Assembly: GCA_964016885.1 (NCBI GenBank)
Contig: OZ024749.1
Span: 7,688,001-7,752,000, forward strand
Origin: Eledone cirrhosa
Lineage: Eukaryota
DNA: 64,000 bases
Reading direction: 5' to 3'
The translations under genes and the position numbers were made by a program. Shown here piece after piece: positions 27,799-42,264 of the stretch (position 1 is the first letter of the stretch; each line of letters opens with the position of its first letter). The notes under the pieces were generated by a model. It searched no databases. It had not been told where the DNA came from and saw only the letters and a list, made by a program, of their open reading frames with translations.

Positions 27799-28302
27799 CT
27801 ATGTTGGGTCAAATATTCTGTTGGTGAAGGAATTAGCCCTTCGATGTTGACAGTTAATAGTTACCTCCGTTCTATCGTTAATCGATAGAGGTCGTGATAG
27901 AGTTATGTAATATGCTTCGGTAATACAGATATCACACGATTTTCTTCGTCCATTGAACGGTTGGGCCCTAGCTAAAATATCTCATGTTAGTGAGTGTTCA
28001 ATGTTGGTTAATTTAAGGTTTTTAATGAGCCTAGCTAGAGATGTCGAACATCTGTTGTTAGGGTCTCGGAAGGAAAAAGCGTGCGCGTTATAGCGTACCT
28101 TAAAAGGGTTAGAGGTAGACCCGATATAGGAGCTGGTATTCGAAGCAGTTTTAACCGTGCACCTATAGACTCTGTTGGGTGTCAGGCAGTGTCCATTTAA
28201 TGGGCATGCATTGGGGTAACGGCAGTTGCAGTTGCTTCTGCGGTTAGTGAGAGTAGGGTTGTACCAGTAATGCACTGGACTATGTTGGGTGTCATAGTAC
28301 AT
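27799..28302 (-). pseudogene. PLE GIY-YIG endonuclease fragment
   Basis: CNCRYPNACPLNGHCL..VYRCTV..YIGST..FKVRYNAH..STSLA..LT*DILARAQPF..CDICITEAYYI..INDRTE..CQHR; one in-frame TGA at the conserved Trp position. Confidence 0.88.
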
Positions 28303-28667
28303 ATGCCGTTGAGAATTCTTACCTCAATTTCACATCGCCCTGCATTATATGAGCCAGTCTGCTAATATGCAAATCAGGCCAGTCAGTCACTGTACATAAA
28401 AAAAAATATCATATATTTTCACTAGCTCTGACAGTTGGCAGGTAAGCAGTAAACTGCAACGATAACGGGTAATGACCCAGAAACATTAGTGTCTGCAGTT
28501 CTGTTTCCATCCCGACACAAGTGCGAGAATGAGGGGTTCATTCTACTGTCATGGCTTTAAAAATGAGGCTTGTTTGCATAATTGCAAACGAATCAAATAT
28601 TATTATTAATATTCGAAAACCTCAGATTACATTTATTATGTTCAGCCATGTACAACGATAACTAATT

Positions 28668-28714
<47 letters not shown>

Positions 28715-28717
<3 letters not shown>

Positions 28718-29530
28718 TATGTATACGTACATACATATATGTATACAGACGTACAGTAGTATGTATATATATATACATAGATGCACACATATATACATGT
28801 ACGTATGGATTCAGGAAACATTTATTATAAAGCTCGGTGTGTTTGTAAACAAATATCCCGTATTAAGCCGTAGTGTCTATCAACCACCGTTGCTCGTTTG
28901 TTCAACACTGACAAAGGAACGCTGTACTGGTTTCAAGCTTGTTAGCTATCGTCAGCAACGTATACCTTCCTGCCAGATATTTGAACGTCCGAAAGTATAT
29001 ACTTTCCTTATGCATATTAACGGCTGTGTAGTTCAATTTGCATATCGAGTGGGTTAATCGGCCGGGTGCACCGTAAACGATAAACGGAAAAAAATTAAAC
29101 GAAATTTCATGTCCCACTCTTAGTACGGCTGTTACTTAAATATAAGTATGCATACGTACATACATATATGTATACAGACGTACAGTAGTATGTATATATA
29201 TATACATACATGCACATATATATATATGTACGTATGGATTCACCAATCATTTATTATAATGCTCGGTGTGTTTGTAAACAAACATCCCGTATTAAGCCGC
29301 AGTGTCTAGCAACCACCGTTGCTGGTTTGTTCAACACTGACAAAGGAACGGTGTATTAGTTTCAAGCTTGTTAGCTATCGTCAGCAACGTATACCTTCCT
29401 GCCAGATATTTGAACGTCCGAAAGTATATACTTTCCTTATGTATATTAACGGCTGTGTAGTTCAATTTGCATATCGAGTGGGTTAATCGGCCGGGTGCAC
29501 CGGAAACGATAAACGGAAAAAATGAAACGT
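28715..29530 (-). mobile_element. family K tandem (429-nt period) with two HHRs, retrozyme-like
   Basis: TCGTCAG at 28949 and 29378; minus strand ACGTTG-CTGACGA-TAGCTAACAAGCTT-GAAA-CCAG-TA-CAGCGT. Confidence 0.88.
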
Positions 29531-29534
29531 TATT

Positions 29535-29830
29535 GGTGGATTGGCAGTATCGGTAGAGGGTCGGACGCCATGCTTTCCAGCATAGTTACGTCCCTTTACA
29601 ATCTGAGTTCAAATCCCACCGAGGTTGACTTTGCCTTTCATCCTTACGGGGTCGATAAAATAAAGTACCAGTAATGCACTGGATAATTGCTGGCCTTGTG
29701 CCTAACGTAGAAACAATTATTATCATTATTATATATAATTGCCTTTCATCCTTACGGGGTCGATAAAATAAAGTACCAGTAATGAACTGAATAATTGCTG
29801 GCCTTGTGCCTAAAGTAGAAACAATTATTA
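29535..29830 (+). mobile_element. SINE S1 with duplicated 3' half
   Basis: One near-complete copy, then a repeat from TTGCCTTTCATCC (~29739). Confidence 0.85.
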
Positions 29831-29929
29831 TTATATATATATATATATATAATATATTCATATATATATAAATTATTTTTAATCTGTAAATTATAATCAA
29901 GGTGGTGTGTTAACTGGCTTACCAATGTA

Positions 29930-30120
29930 TACAACACCAACAACACCAACAGCAACAACATCACCACCAACAACAACACCAACATCATCAACAGCAGCAT
30001 CAACATTACCAACAACAACAACAACAACATCACGAACATCATCAACAACAACAACGACAACTAAAACACCAACATCACCACCACCACCACCACCACCACC
30101 ATCAACAACAACAACATCAA
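29930..30120. repeat. (ACA)n/(ACC)n trinucleotide tract
   Basis: Direct reading. Confidence 0.9.
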
Positions 30121-30904
30121 CTGATACTACGCAATTCATAATGATAATATTTTCATATCCCTGTATATTGTTTTCCTGTGTTGTATGAATGTACTCACTA
30201 TATACTGGTAATATTGGATGTTGATCATATTTGTTTCAGATGTTGTTGTTGTTGGAATGTAGGAAGGCTCGTTATTTTAATTAATTTTCTTCTCATTATA
30301 CGAGCTCTCGCGTGGTTCATTGTCACTTTGACCAAAGGGCCTTTATTAACGTCGAACGCAAATTTGTTGTTCATACCAAATTATATTGCATTGCATTATA
30401 ACACAATTATAATTTATTTAGTTCTCACTCTAACAGATCCATAAATACTGCAGCTATTTGAAAATTGTTATTAATTTATTCATATTATTTTTTTTTTTTA
30501 CCAAAAATATAAAATATCCAACGAAAGAATGCATAATGTTGGTTCTCGCGTAACATTTTTTTTATTAGTCTTCCGTGTTTATGACGAATTCTTTTCCGTA
30601 GAGAACTTGTCCCTATCTTATACAGACATATATGTTTGTCTTTTACTGTTTAGCAAGGATAGTACTGGAAAGATGAAAGAGAGCAAGGTATCATTATACC
30701 GGGTACCTAGGGTCTGAATACTTGCATTTAGGGACCATGAAATATTGATAAAACAGGCGACAGATTAAGCATAGTAACGAAAATTATACGATTGAGGCAA
30801 ATATTAAAGCACTAGATCAATAAATAAGGTTGAGTCACATATTTCAGTGGTAAATATGCTTCCATAATTCTGTTAAGTTAATCCACATAGAAGTTGCAAC
30901 CAAC

Positions 30905-31610
30905 CAAGACTCTACCATATAAGATTAAGTTTCTACCAAGATTAGATCTACCACCTAAGATTAAGTTTCTACTAAGATTAGATCTAACATCTAAGATTAA
31001 ATTTTTACCAAGATTAAATCTAAAATCTAAGATTAACTGTCTACCAAGATTAAGTTTCTACCGAGATTAAATCTAAGATCTAAGATTAAGTTTCTACCAA
31101 GATTAGATATATCACCTAAGATTAACTTTCTAACAAGATTAAATCTATCATCTAAGATTAAGTTTATACCAAGATTAGATCTACCACCTAAGATTAAGTT
31201 TCTACCAAGATTACATCTAACATCTAAGATTAAGTTTCTACCAAGATTAAATCTAACATCTAAGATTAAGTTTCTATCAAGATTAAATCTAACATCTAAG
31301 ATTAAGTTTTTACCAAGATTATATCTACCACCTAAGATTAACTGTCTACCAAGATTAAGTTTCTACCAAGATTAGATCTACCACCTAAGATTAAGTTTCT
31401 ACCAAGATTAGATCTACCACCTAAGATTAAGTTTCTACCAAAATTAAATCTAACATCTAAGATTAAGTTTCTACCAAAATTAAATCTAACATCTAAGATT
31501 AAGTTTCTACCAAGATTAAATCTAACATCTAAGATTAAGTTTCTACCAAGATTAAATCTAACATCTAAGATTAAGTTTCTACCAAGATTAAATCTTATAC
31601 TCAAGATTAA
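30905..31610. repeat. 36-bp minisatellite built from two AAGATTA-headed subunits (17+19)
   Basis: AAGATTAAGTTTCTACC-AAGATTAAATCTAACATCT tandem. Confidence 0.95.
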
Positions 31611-32046
31611 TCGCTTTAGTCAAGAACATTTCTACCGGTGAAGATCAACTCTACCATCCAATATTAATTATAATTACCGGAGATTAAATGTAATATCTCA
31701 GAATAATTTTTGACCCAGGACTAAATGTGCTAACCAAGTATTGAATACATGAGATGAATATAAGAATGATTAACATTTGCGTCAAACACGTGAGCCAATT
31801 TGACTGGTATGCTTCTGTCTGAAGGATCTACAAATTCGCCACAACCATCATCTCACACCCAAGGAAATAATCGATCATTTCTAGTGAATATTACTTGAAA
31901 TATTTCATGATTTGATCAGGACAGAGAATATGGGTTCCTGGTTTATGAAGACGAAACTATCGTTATTTGGGCAGAACTGATTGTAAACGCATATTCATAT
32001 ATATGTGTATGTATATATATAAATAAGTAAATATATCTATATTTAT

Positions 32047-32122
<76 letters not shown>

Positions 32123-32206
32123 TAGATATATAGATATATATATACATATAGATATATAGTTGTGTTTGTATGTGTATTTATATCTGCATATATATATATA
32201 TATATA

Positions 32207-32589
32207 TAAAGAATTAGTATATCTACCAACATATATATACAGATGCATACATATGCTACCAAATATATAGGTTTTGTCTTAGTAAATTTGTGGTTCAATG
32301 CAAGGGGATGCAGAACAATTATATGAAAGACGTAAAATAAGAAAATTATAAAAATTAACTTACTAAAATTTCACTCCAACTAATTAGTTTCTGAAAGGGA
32401 ATAAACATGGTTTCGGAATGGAACCATGGAGAAAATCCTTTCGTCATCCGGAAGTCTATTCTCAGCTAAGTTCCCAGGCAATGCGTGGACACAGGGAACT
32501 GATACAAAAATAATTCAGTGGATGGAAAAAAGCGAGCGAGGACTAAATTCCAGGACATTGAAAAAATCACTGCCTACTTGGTCGGTGGC

Positions 32590-32592
<3 letters not shown>
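32207..32592 (-). mobile_element. family E copy with tail
   Basis: Reverse complement of ~41015-41403. Confidence 0.85.
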
Positions 32593-32622
<30 letters not shown>

Positions 32623-32639
32623 AGGAGGTGAGTTTTTAC

Positions 32640-33031
<392 letters not shown>

Positions 33032-33084
33032 CTTATATATATATAATATACTTATATATATATATATATACTTATATATATATA

Positions 33085-33158
<74 letters not shown>

Positions 33159-33660
33159 ATGTGGGAACTCACCACTAATTGATTTGACAGATGATACCGA
33201 CATTTCTTTCGCCAAAGCCTTACAATGAAGTCACTAAATGAAATCTCGTTGTTTACTTTAAATAAATTAACCTTAAATGTGTGTGTGGGGGTCAGTATGA
33301 GTATCTATAGGTATTTAAGTGTGAATATGAACCTTGCCTTTTATCTCTGCCATTGTCATAATTGTATATTTCTAGAAATAGTTTTTTTAAAAGAATCCCA
33401 CTTCCTTAAAACCACTCAGCCAGTGAACTCTACCCATCTTCAAATCTCCCACCTTACCGAACCACCAGCAATATCCAAATACCACCGCATTGCAATGACA
33501 GTTGACTAACCTGAGGATTTTGTTCGAATAAAACAGTTAAAAAAAACATATCTTGTATACTCTACACCCTACTAATGTATTGAGTACCTTACAATTGAAC
33601 ACCCTCCCCCCACACACACACTCTCTCTCTCTCTCTCTCTCTCACTCACTCACTCACTCA

Positions 33661-33767
<107 letters not shown>

Positions 33768-33889
33768 CGTGAAGAATGGCGTGCTGCGTTGTTGCGAACA
33801 TGAACATATGAATAAAATAGACAAGGGGTAAAATGTCCTCTTCAGTAGTCTACTGATTATCGTTGGTATTTCAATGCATTATCTATATA

Positions 33890-34030
33890 TAAGGAAAAAA
33901 GATGAAATCAAAAATGCAACTGGAGTCTTTTTTTATAAAAATATATATTTACTTGGTTCCTTTACCGGTTTCGCAGTTTTGCTTTTCAAAAGTAGAATTG
34001 AGATGGAGGGTTTGTGGTTTTTCTCACATA
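33890..34030 (-). mobile_element. family G copy with U3-A8 HHR
   Basis: Minus strand CTT-TTGAAAA-GCAAAACTGC-GAAA-CCGG-TA-AAG. Confidence 0.75.
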
Positions 34031-34134
34031 TATATATATATTCAATTGAAGAAAGTTGGTTTATTGAAAATCTGCCGACTTTTTCTTAACAGTTGTAAAG
34101 CAACCACGGTTTTTATTCATCCGGAGATTTATTA

Positions 34135-34530
34135 TAATAATTGTTTCTACTTTTGGCCAGCAAGGCCAGTAATTTACCCACTGCATTACTGCTGCTTTAT
34201 TTCATCGAACCAGTAAGGTTGAAAGGCAAAGTTTCGGCAGGATTTGAACTCAGACCGTAAAGGGCCGTAACTATATGACGTTAAGCATGGCGTCTTACCC
34301 TTTACCTATACAGCCAATCTACTGCCCTTGCGTTTTATTACAATAATTGTTTCTACTTTTGGCACAAGGCCAACAATTATCCCAGTGTATTACTGGTTCT
34401 TTATTTTATCGACCCCGTGAGGATGAAAAGCAAAGTTAACCTCGGTGGGATTTGAACTCAGACCGTAAAAGGGGGTAACTCTATGTTACAAAGCATGGCG
34501 CCCTACACTCTACCGGTACTGCCAATCCAT
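34135..34530 (-). mobile_element. two adjacent SINE S1 copies
   Basis: Reverse-complement S1 bodies at ~34135-34330 and ~34340-34530. Confidence 0.85.
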
Positions 34531-34532
34531 AT

Positions 34533-34853
34533 AATAATGAAAAAGAAAAACGGTTTTATTTGTCCATTATATTTGTCCATACGTATTTCAAAGACGTAGG
34601 GCAGTTGTATAAACAACTGCCCTACATGTTCTCTTCACACAAAAACCAAACAAGATGTAAAGTTCCGTTGATATGTTACCGGTCATGCGTGTTATTCACT
34701 TCGCCGACCAATATGTATATGTCAGAATTTCTGAAGTAGCAGATATTTGTCTCTGGAGAACATGTGGGGTGGTTGTTATACAACTTACGTCTGTGAAATA
34801 CGTATAACGAAATAAAAATGGATGTACGAATAAAACCGTCTTTCTTGTTTATT

Positions 34854-34857
<4 letters not shown>
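34533..34857. mobile_element. diverged fold-back element with long-stem-II HHR
   Basis: Arms ~34533-34640 / ~34745-34857; two-arm consensus TTTGT-CTGAAGA-[ATGTAGGGCAGTTGT/ACAACTGCCCTACGT]-GAAA-TACGTA-TA. Confidence 0.7.
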
Positions 34858-34915
<58 letters not shown>

Positions 34916-35346
34916 TATATATACATGTGTATATATATATATATATGTACATATATACATGTGTATATATATATATGTACATATATACATGTGTATATAT
35001 ATGTACATATATACATGTGTGTATATATATGTACATATATACATGTGTATATATATATACACAGATATATATATGTACATATATACATGTGTATATATAT
35101 ACACATATATACATATATATACATATATAAATACACACACACACGGCTCTGTAATATAATTATTAGTTTACATTGAGCTATTCTCATACTTGTAATTGGA
35201 TAATATTTAATACTACCCAGATTTTATATATATATATATGTGTGTGTGTGTGTCTGTGTGTGTGTGTCTGTGTGTGTCTGAAGGTCGCTAAAATGCTTCC
35301 GGTTGAGCACTATATGCTCTTACAGAGCAGAGTATGATATGACAGA

Positions 35347-35650
35347 AAACGAAAAATCAGTTATGCATCTGAACTCAATTTATTGTGTGTTACAATTGTT
35401 TCGCCGGCGGACAGCTAGAGAGGTGATTATTGTGTGGATCTGTCTGAATCTGGACCCGCAGGTTCGACGGACACGTCTAATGATTTCGGAAAGTGGGAGA
35501 ATATGCTCCGAAATCATTAGACGTGTCCGTCGAACCTGTGGATCCAGAATCAGACAGATCCACACAATAATCACGTCTCCAGCTGTCCGCCGGCGAAACA
35601 GTTGTAACACACAATAAATTGAGTTCAGATGCATCACTGATTTTTCGTTT
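35347..35650. mobile_element. family C fold-back (144-bp arms, 16-nt spacer)
   Basis: Arms 35347-35490 / 35507-35650; GTGT-CCGTCGA..GAAA-CAGTTG-TA-ACAC; relative at 54733-54875. Confidence 0.85.
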
Positions 35651-35652
35651 CC

Positions 35653-35722
<70 letters not shown>

Positions 35723-36378
35723 GTTAGACACGAAGTGACTAACAACAGAATGTTTTAGTCACTTAGTGTTCTAACATATATGTGTAGATCGTCAATTATT
35801 TTTTTCAAGGTCTGGCCGTGGTGATTACATGCCATTGGCTAATTTTCAACCAATGAGAGTAAGTGTTGCTCAAAACATCCGCCATGTTTTTTTGTTTGTT
35901 TCCCTAGTTCATTTATTTTTGTTACATCGTCGTCATATGATTTTTTAAAATTTATAGTAACTATTTTAAAAACAAATGTAATATATTGAGGTTAGGCGGT
36001 CAACAGATAAGATGAACTATCGTAAAAGTTTGTACAAATATTTTTAAATTTATCGTTTGTACAAAACGATTCTAAATTGTTGTTTGTAAAAAATGTTTAA
36101 ACACTTCAAAATAGCGTATATTCATGTTCTGTAATGTCCCATTTTTGTGCGCCCTTGTGCCAAATAAAGAAATATATCTTTATATCTTGTTCCTCTTTAT
36201 ATATTGCAATCGAGTATAGGCAGAGTTTTATATTAATTTTTATACATCTTACACTAATATTTATAAGATCATTTTTAATAACAATTATATAATATAATTA
36301 CATTACAACGATAATTTATTATTAATATATATCATGTTTAACTAGAGTTATTACAAGCTTTGCCTTAAAAAATATTAA

Positions 36379-37482
36379 ACTAGACATGAAAAATGGCCAA
36401 GTTCAAAAGAGCCACATAATGTTATAATGAACCTTCAAAATGTGTGTAATCATTATCTATCGTACATTCTGTTGCATCCTTTATAAAAATATCACAATAA
36501 ATACATCTATGTTTAATGTAATAACAGCTATAAATAATTACGTAATATTATTATCATATACTCATAGTCTCTTTTTTATAAAATATGTGGCATCCTCTTA
36601 TAAAAAAAGAGACTCAAGAGGAACTCAAGACGACACGATAATTAATTAAGTGAATTTATAATATAGAATTCGGTTTAAGTGCATTTCGTATTAATCATTA
36701 CTAAACATCTAATCTGAGATATTGAACATTAGCTTAAACCAACCATGCCTTTCTTTTTACACTATTTCACTTAGTTCATTCTTAGATGTAACATATAAAA
36801 ATATGATCTACAACTATAAAATAAATAAATTAATATAATAACAGGGCTGCGGAGCCGAAATTTAGGAAATAATGGAGTATCGGATCCGGAGTTGGAGCCA
36901 GTCAATTTTTGGCCGACTCCGCAGCCCTGTATAATATATTTCATATTAAAGTTATTAATAAACCTATTTTACACTGCATGCAAATTACCATGAGATCATG
37001 ATATTAGATATAAGATACAGCTGAATATCTACATCTGTAAAAGTACGAAAGCGAAGTAATGATAAGTGGCTTAAGGTAATTCCAATATAAAAGTTTGCAG
37101 TGATAAACATTTGATGATACAATACGATTGTTAATGTTATATTTCGATGAAAATGTAACAATATATAACTAAATTATTTTAATATTAGTATATTTATAAA
37201 ATTATCCTTATAGATTTGATCCTTCATATAAGCATCATATTACTTTTCAACACAATTATTTTGTTACTATGAGTATATGATAATAATATTACGTAATTAT
37301 TTATAGCTGTTATTACATTAAACATAGATGTATTTATTGTGATATTTTTATAAAGGATGCCACAAAATGTACGATAAATAATGATTACAATATTTTTGAG
37401 TAACAACTCTAGTCCCACACCTTTGAAGGTTTATTATAACATTCTGTGGCTCATTTGAGCTTGCGCATTTTTCATGTCTAGT
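36379..37482. mobile_element. ~1.1-kb non-autonomous element with long terminal inverted repeats
   Basis: 36379-36568 is inverted to 37266-37482 (ACTAGACATG...CATGTCTAGT); no ORF inside. Confidence 0.8.
36842..36929. mobile_element. 88-bp hAT-type MITE
   Basis: TIRs CAGGGCTGCGGAG(C)CG / CGACTCCGCAGCCCTG; 8-bp flanks TATAATAA / TATAATAT (7/8 TSD match). Confidence 0.8.
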
Positions 37483-37795
37483 ATATATATATATATATAT
37501 ACTCGAGTTTCGCTAAGACTGAATTTACAGAAGCAAGTAAGATTGATTTTCTTTTTAGTCTCAATATAACTCCAGATAATCTGTAATTAGATTCAGTAGA
37601 ATACTTCATAATTTACATTTTCGTTTCTGCAAGAATTATGAGATCAATTTTCTTTAATCTCCCTTGTCTGCATGAAGTGACAGAAATGAATGAAACAGAG
37701 ACAGACAAGATTTGTTGAGAATCTCGTTGGTTGTTTTGTATCGGGAGTGAGAAGGATTCTCACTCTCTTTTACAGGTGCTCTTTTTCTCGTTTTC

Positions 37796-38131
<336 letters not shown>

Positions 38132-38132
38132 T

Positions 38133-39550
38133 CATTCATCTTTCAAATACAAACTTAAGAGAACCAACACTGCTCTCTCAGAACTCATATGGTCCTTAAA
38201 AGACAAAAACATTAAATATACCATCTTTTGGAAGAAGATTTCTTCTGCATCCTCATACTTGAACAGCTCTCTATCTAAAATCTGTAATCTCTGCCTAAAT
38301 GAAAAATTTACCATTATCTCTAACCTAGATTCTATAATAAATAGACGTACAGATTTGTTTTCTATCTGCCTGCATAAATTCCATAGAACTTTTCACAAAG
38401 TATACAGTTAATATTCAATTCTTTATCAATTTAGAATCTTTTCTCAAAGGCACATATACATACACCTCTTTAAAATATACCCATCTACCTTACTTTAAAG
38501 GGCATTATACACTCTATAATACTTGTTTACTCATTACCCTCATTCTATCTCCACCTTGTAAAATCATAACATATACATTTGTTGTTTTGACGTTAGAATA
38601 TTCATCCGCAATCATTATTATTTTTTCTCTCTATCATAAATCTTTTTAATCTCAATTTCATCCTTAATTTATTATTTTTTTCTCCCCATCAACGAACTCA
38701 TTATTAATACATATTAACTCTTTATTCGCATTATTATCAATTCCTTCAATATACAAACTTTAACTCCACATTATTTTTCTCAAATCCTTCTACACACAAA
38801 CCTTAATAATTATTCTCTTCGTTAATTTTGAAATTGCCACAATATCTTATCAACATACATTTCTTTTTTTGACGTTAGAATATTCATCCACAATTATTAT
38901 TTTTTCTCTCTATCTTCATACATAAATTCCCTTCGTTAATTTTCAAATTCCTTTAATTTATACATTATCTTCCAACGGTTCCCAACCTCTCTATGTAAAA
39001 CTATATATCTTTTTCTCAGTTATAAAAACTATCTCTTTCTCTCTATCACCCATCTCTCCCTCTCCACCTTCACTCTCATCTCCTCCCCCTTTTTTCATCC
39101 TTTCCACCCCCCCCTCCCTAAATAAAATATTTTTTCCTCGCACATATCCTCCCTTCGTTAATTTTCAAAATTTTTTTTAATTTTTAATTTATACATTATC
39201 TTCCAACGGTTTTCAACCTCTCTATGTAAAACAATATATCTCCTCTCAGTTATAAAAACTATCTCCCTCTCTCTATCACCCATCTCTCCCTCTCATCTCC
39301 TTCCCTTTTTAATCCTTTCCACCCCCTCCCCTCTCTAAATAAAATATGTTTCCCAATATCACACATCAATCTAAAACCACTTTTCATATGTTGATTTAAA
39401 ACTGCACTATCCACAAGTGTTTTTTAGCCTTCATATCATGTTCTCCTGTTTTATCTGATGAAAACACAAATATTATTGCATGATGTTGTTTGTTTTTGAA
39501 ATGCGCATAATAAAATACATGGAACTCCTTTAACCATCTTTTGATCTTAT
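38133..39550 (+). mobile_element. 5'-truncated PLE: open GIY-YIG C-terminus (38133-38411), ~1-kb 3' region, pLTR with HHR
   Basis: Stop-free HSSFKYKLKRTNTALSELIWSLKDKNIKYTIFWKKISSASSYLNSSLSKICNLCLNEKFTII..INRRTDLFSICLHKF..*; both ends run into (TA)n; internal ~220-bp duplication at 38928-39345. Confidence 0.9.
39447..39517 (+). ncRNA. type I HHR, intact core
   Basis: TGTTTTAT-CTGATGA(39455)-AAACA..TGTTTT(T)-GAAA(39498)-TGCGCA-TA-ATAAAATA. Confidence 0.85.
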
Positions 39551-39588
39551 ATTATATATATATATATTTATATATATTTATATATATA

Positions 39589-39660
<72 letters not shown>

Positions 39661-39760
39661 TATATATATATATATTTATATATATGTATATATATTTATA
39701 TATATTTATATATATTTATATATATTTATATATATATATTTATATATATTTATATATATA

Positions 39761-39796
<36 letters not shown>

Positions 39797-39807
39797 ATAT
39801 ATATATT

Positions 39808-39838
<31 letters not shown>

Positions 39839-39910
39839 TTATATATATATATTTATATATATATTTATATATATATATATTTATATATACATTTATAATA
39901 TATATATATA

Positions 39911-39971
<61 letters not shown>

Positions 39972-39992
39972 ATTTTTATATTTATATATATA

Positions 39993-40051
<59 letters not shown>

Positions 40052-40072
40052 ATTTTTATATTTATATATATA

Positions 40073-40133
<61 letters not shown>

Positions 40134-40158
40134 ATTTTTATATTTATATATATATATT

Positions 40159-40189
<31 letters not shown>

Positions 40190-40218
40190 ATATATTTTTA
40201 TATTTATATATATATATT

Positions 40219-40250
<32 letters not shown>

Positions 40251-40302
40251 TATATATATATATATATATATGTATGTATTTATATATATATATATATGTA
40301 TG

Positions 40303-40369
<67 letters not shown>
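39550..40369. repeat. long (TA)n with TTTA interruptions
   Basis: Direct reading. Confidence 0.95.
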
Positions 40370-40373
<4 letters not shown>

Positions 40374-41405
40374 GACGTAAAATAAGAAAATTATAAAAAT
40401 TAACTTACTAAAATTTCACTCCAACTAATTAGTTTCTGAAAGGGAATAAACATGGTTTCCAAATGGAAATCAGAGAGAAGCCGTTTCGTCATCAGGAAGT
40501 CTGTTCTCAGCTAAGTTACCTGTCGATGCGTGGACACAGGGAAATTATACAAAAATAATTCAGTGGATGGAAAAAAGTAAGTGTCGACTAAATTCCAAGA
40601 CATTGAAAAAATCACTGCCTACTTGGTCGGTGGCAAATTCAAAAGAATCAATCACGTGACATCGAGGTTAATCAGTGAGGAGTGGGGTGTTAAAAACGCA
40701 GTAGCTGAGTAAGTTAATTTTTATAATTGTTTAACAATTTTCTTATTTTACGTCTTTCATATAATTGTTCTGCAACCCCTTACATTGAACCACAAAGTTA
40801 CTAATACAAAACCTATATATTTGCTAGCATAGGTATACATCTGTATATATATGTTGGTAGATATACTAATTCTTTATAATTATCTCCAAATTATTTGGTT
40901 GAGCAAAAGTTTGCCAAAACTGCTACTATACTTCATAGTAATAGCTCGGCTACTGTCTTTTTAACACCCCACTCCTCACGGATTAACCTCGATGTCACGT
41001 GATTTGATTCTTTTGAATTTGCTACCGACCAAGTAGGCAGTGATTTTTTTCAATATCTTGGAATTCAGTCCTCGCTTGCTTTTTTCCATCCACTGAATTA
41101 TTTTTGTATAAGTTCCCTGTGTCCAGGCAACTCCTGGTAACTTAGCTGAGAACAGACTTCCTGATGACGAAACGGCTTCTCCATGCATTCCACTTGGAAA
41201 CCACGTTTATTCCCTTTCAGAAATTAATTAGTTGGAGTGAAATTTTAGTAAGTTAATTTTTATAATTTTCTTATCTTGCGTCTTTCCTATAATTGTTCTG
41301 CATCCCCTTGCATTGAACCACAAAGTTACTAAGACAAGACCTATATATTTGCTAGCATAGGTATGCATCTGTATATATATGTTGGTAGATATCCTAATTC
41401 TTTAC
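40370..41405. mobile_element. family E composite: tail-less minus arm, partial plus copy, full plus copy with tail
   Basis: 40370-40710 is inverted to ~40945-41290; 40710-40877 duplicates 41247-41403; CTGATGA at 41161. Confidence 0.85.
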
Positions 41406-41406
41406 T

Positions 41407-41846
<440 letters not shown>

Positions 41847-41860
41847 CATATATATATATT

Positions 41861-41891
<31 letters not shown>

Positions 41892-41908
41892 TTATATATA
41901 TATATATT

Positions 41909-41960
<52 letters not shown>

Positions 41961-41976
41961 TATGTATATATATATT

Positions 41977-42007
<31 letters not shown>

Positions 42008-42048
42008 ATTTATATATATATATTTATATATATATATTTATATATATA

Positions 42049-42147
<99 letters not shown>

Positions 42148-42168
42148 ATTTATATTTATATATATATT

Positions 42169-42264
<96 letters not shown>

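Noticed and set aside
29907-30188. Mucin-like Thr/Pro ORF (and poly-Val ORF at 11791)
   Set aside because: (ACA/ACC)n and (GTA)n trinucleotide repeats.
35303-35745. Similar ORFs on both strands
   Set aside because: A consequence of the inverted repeat.
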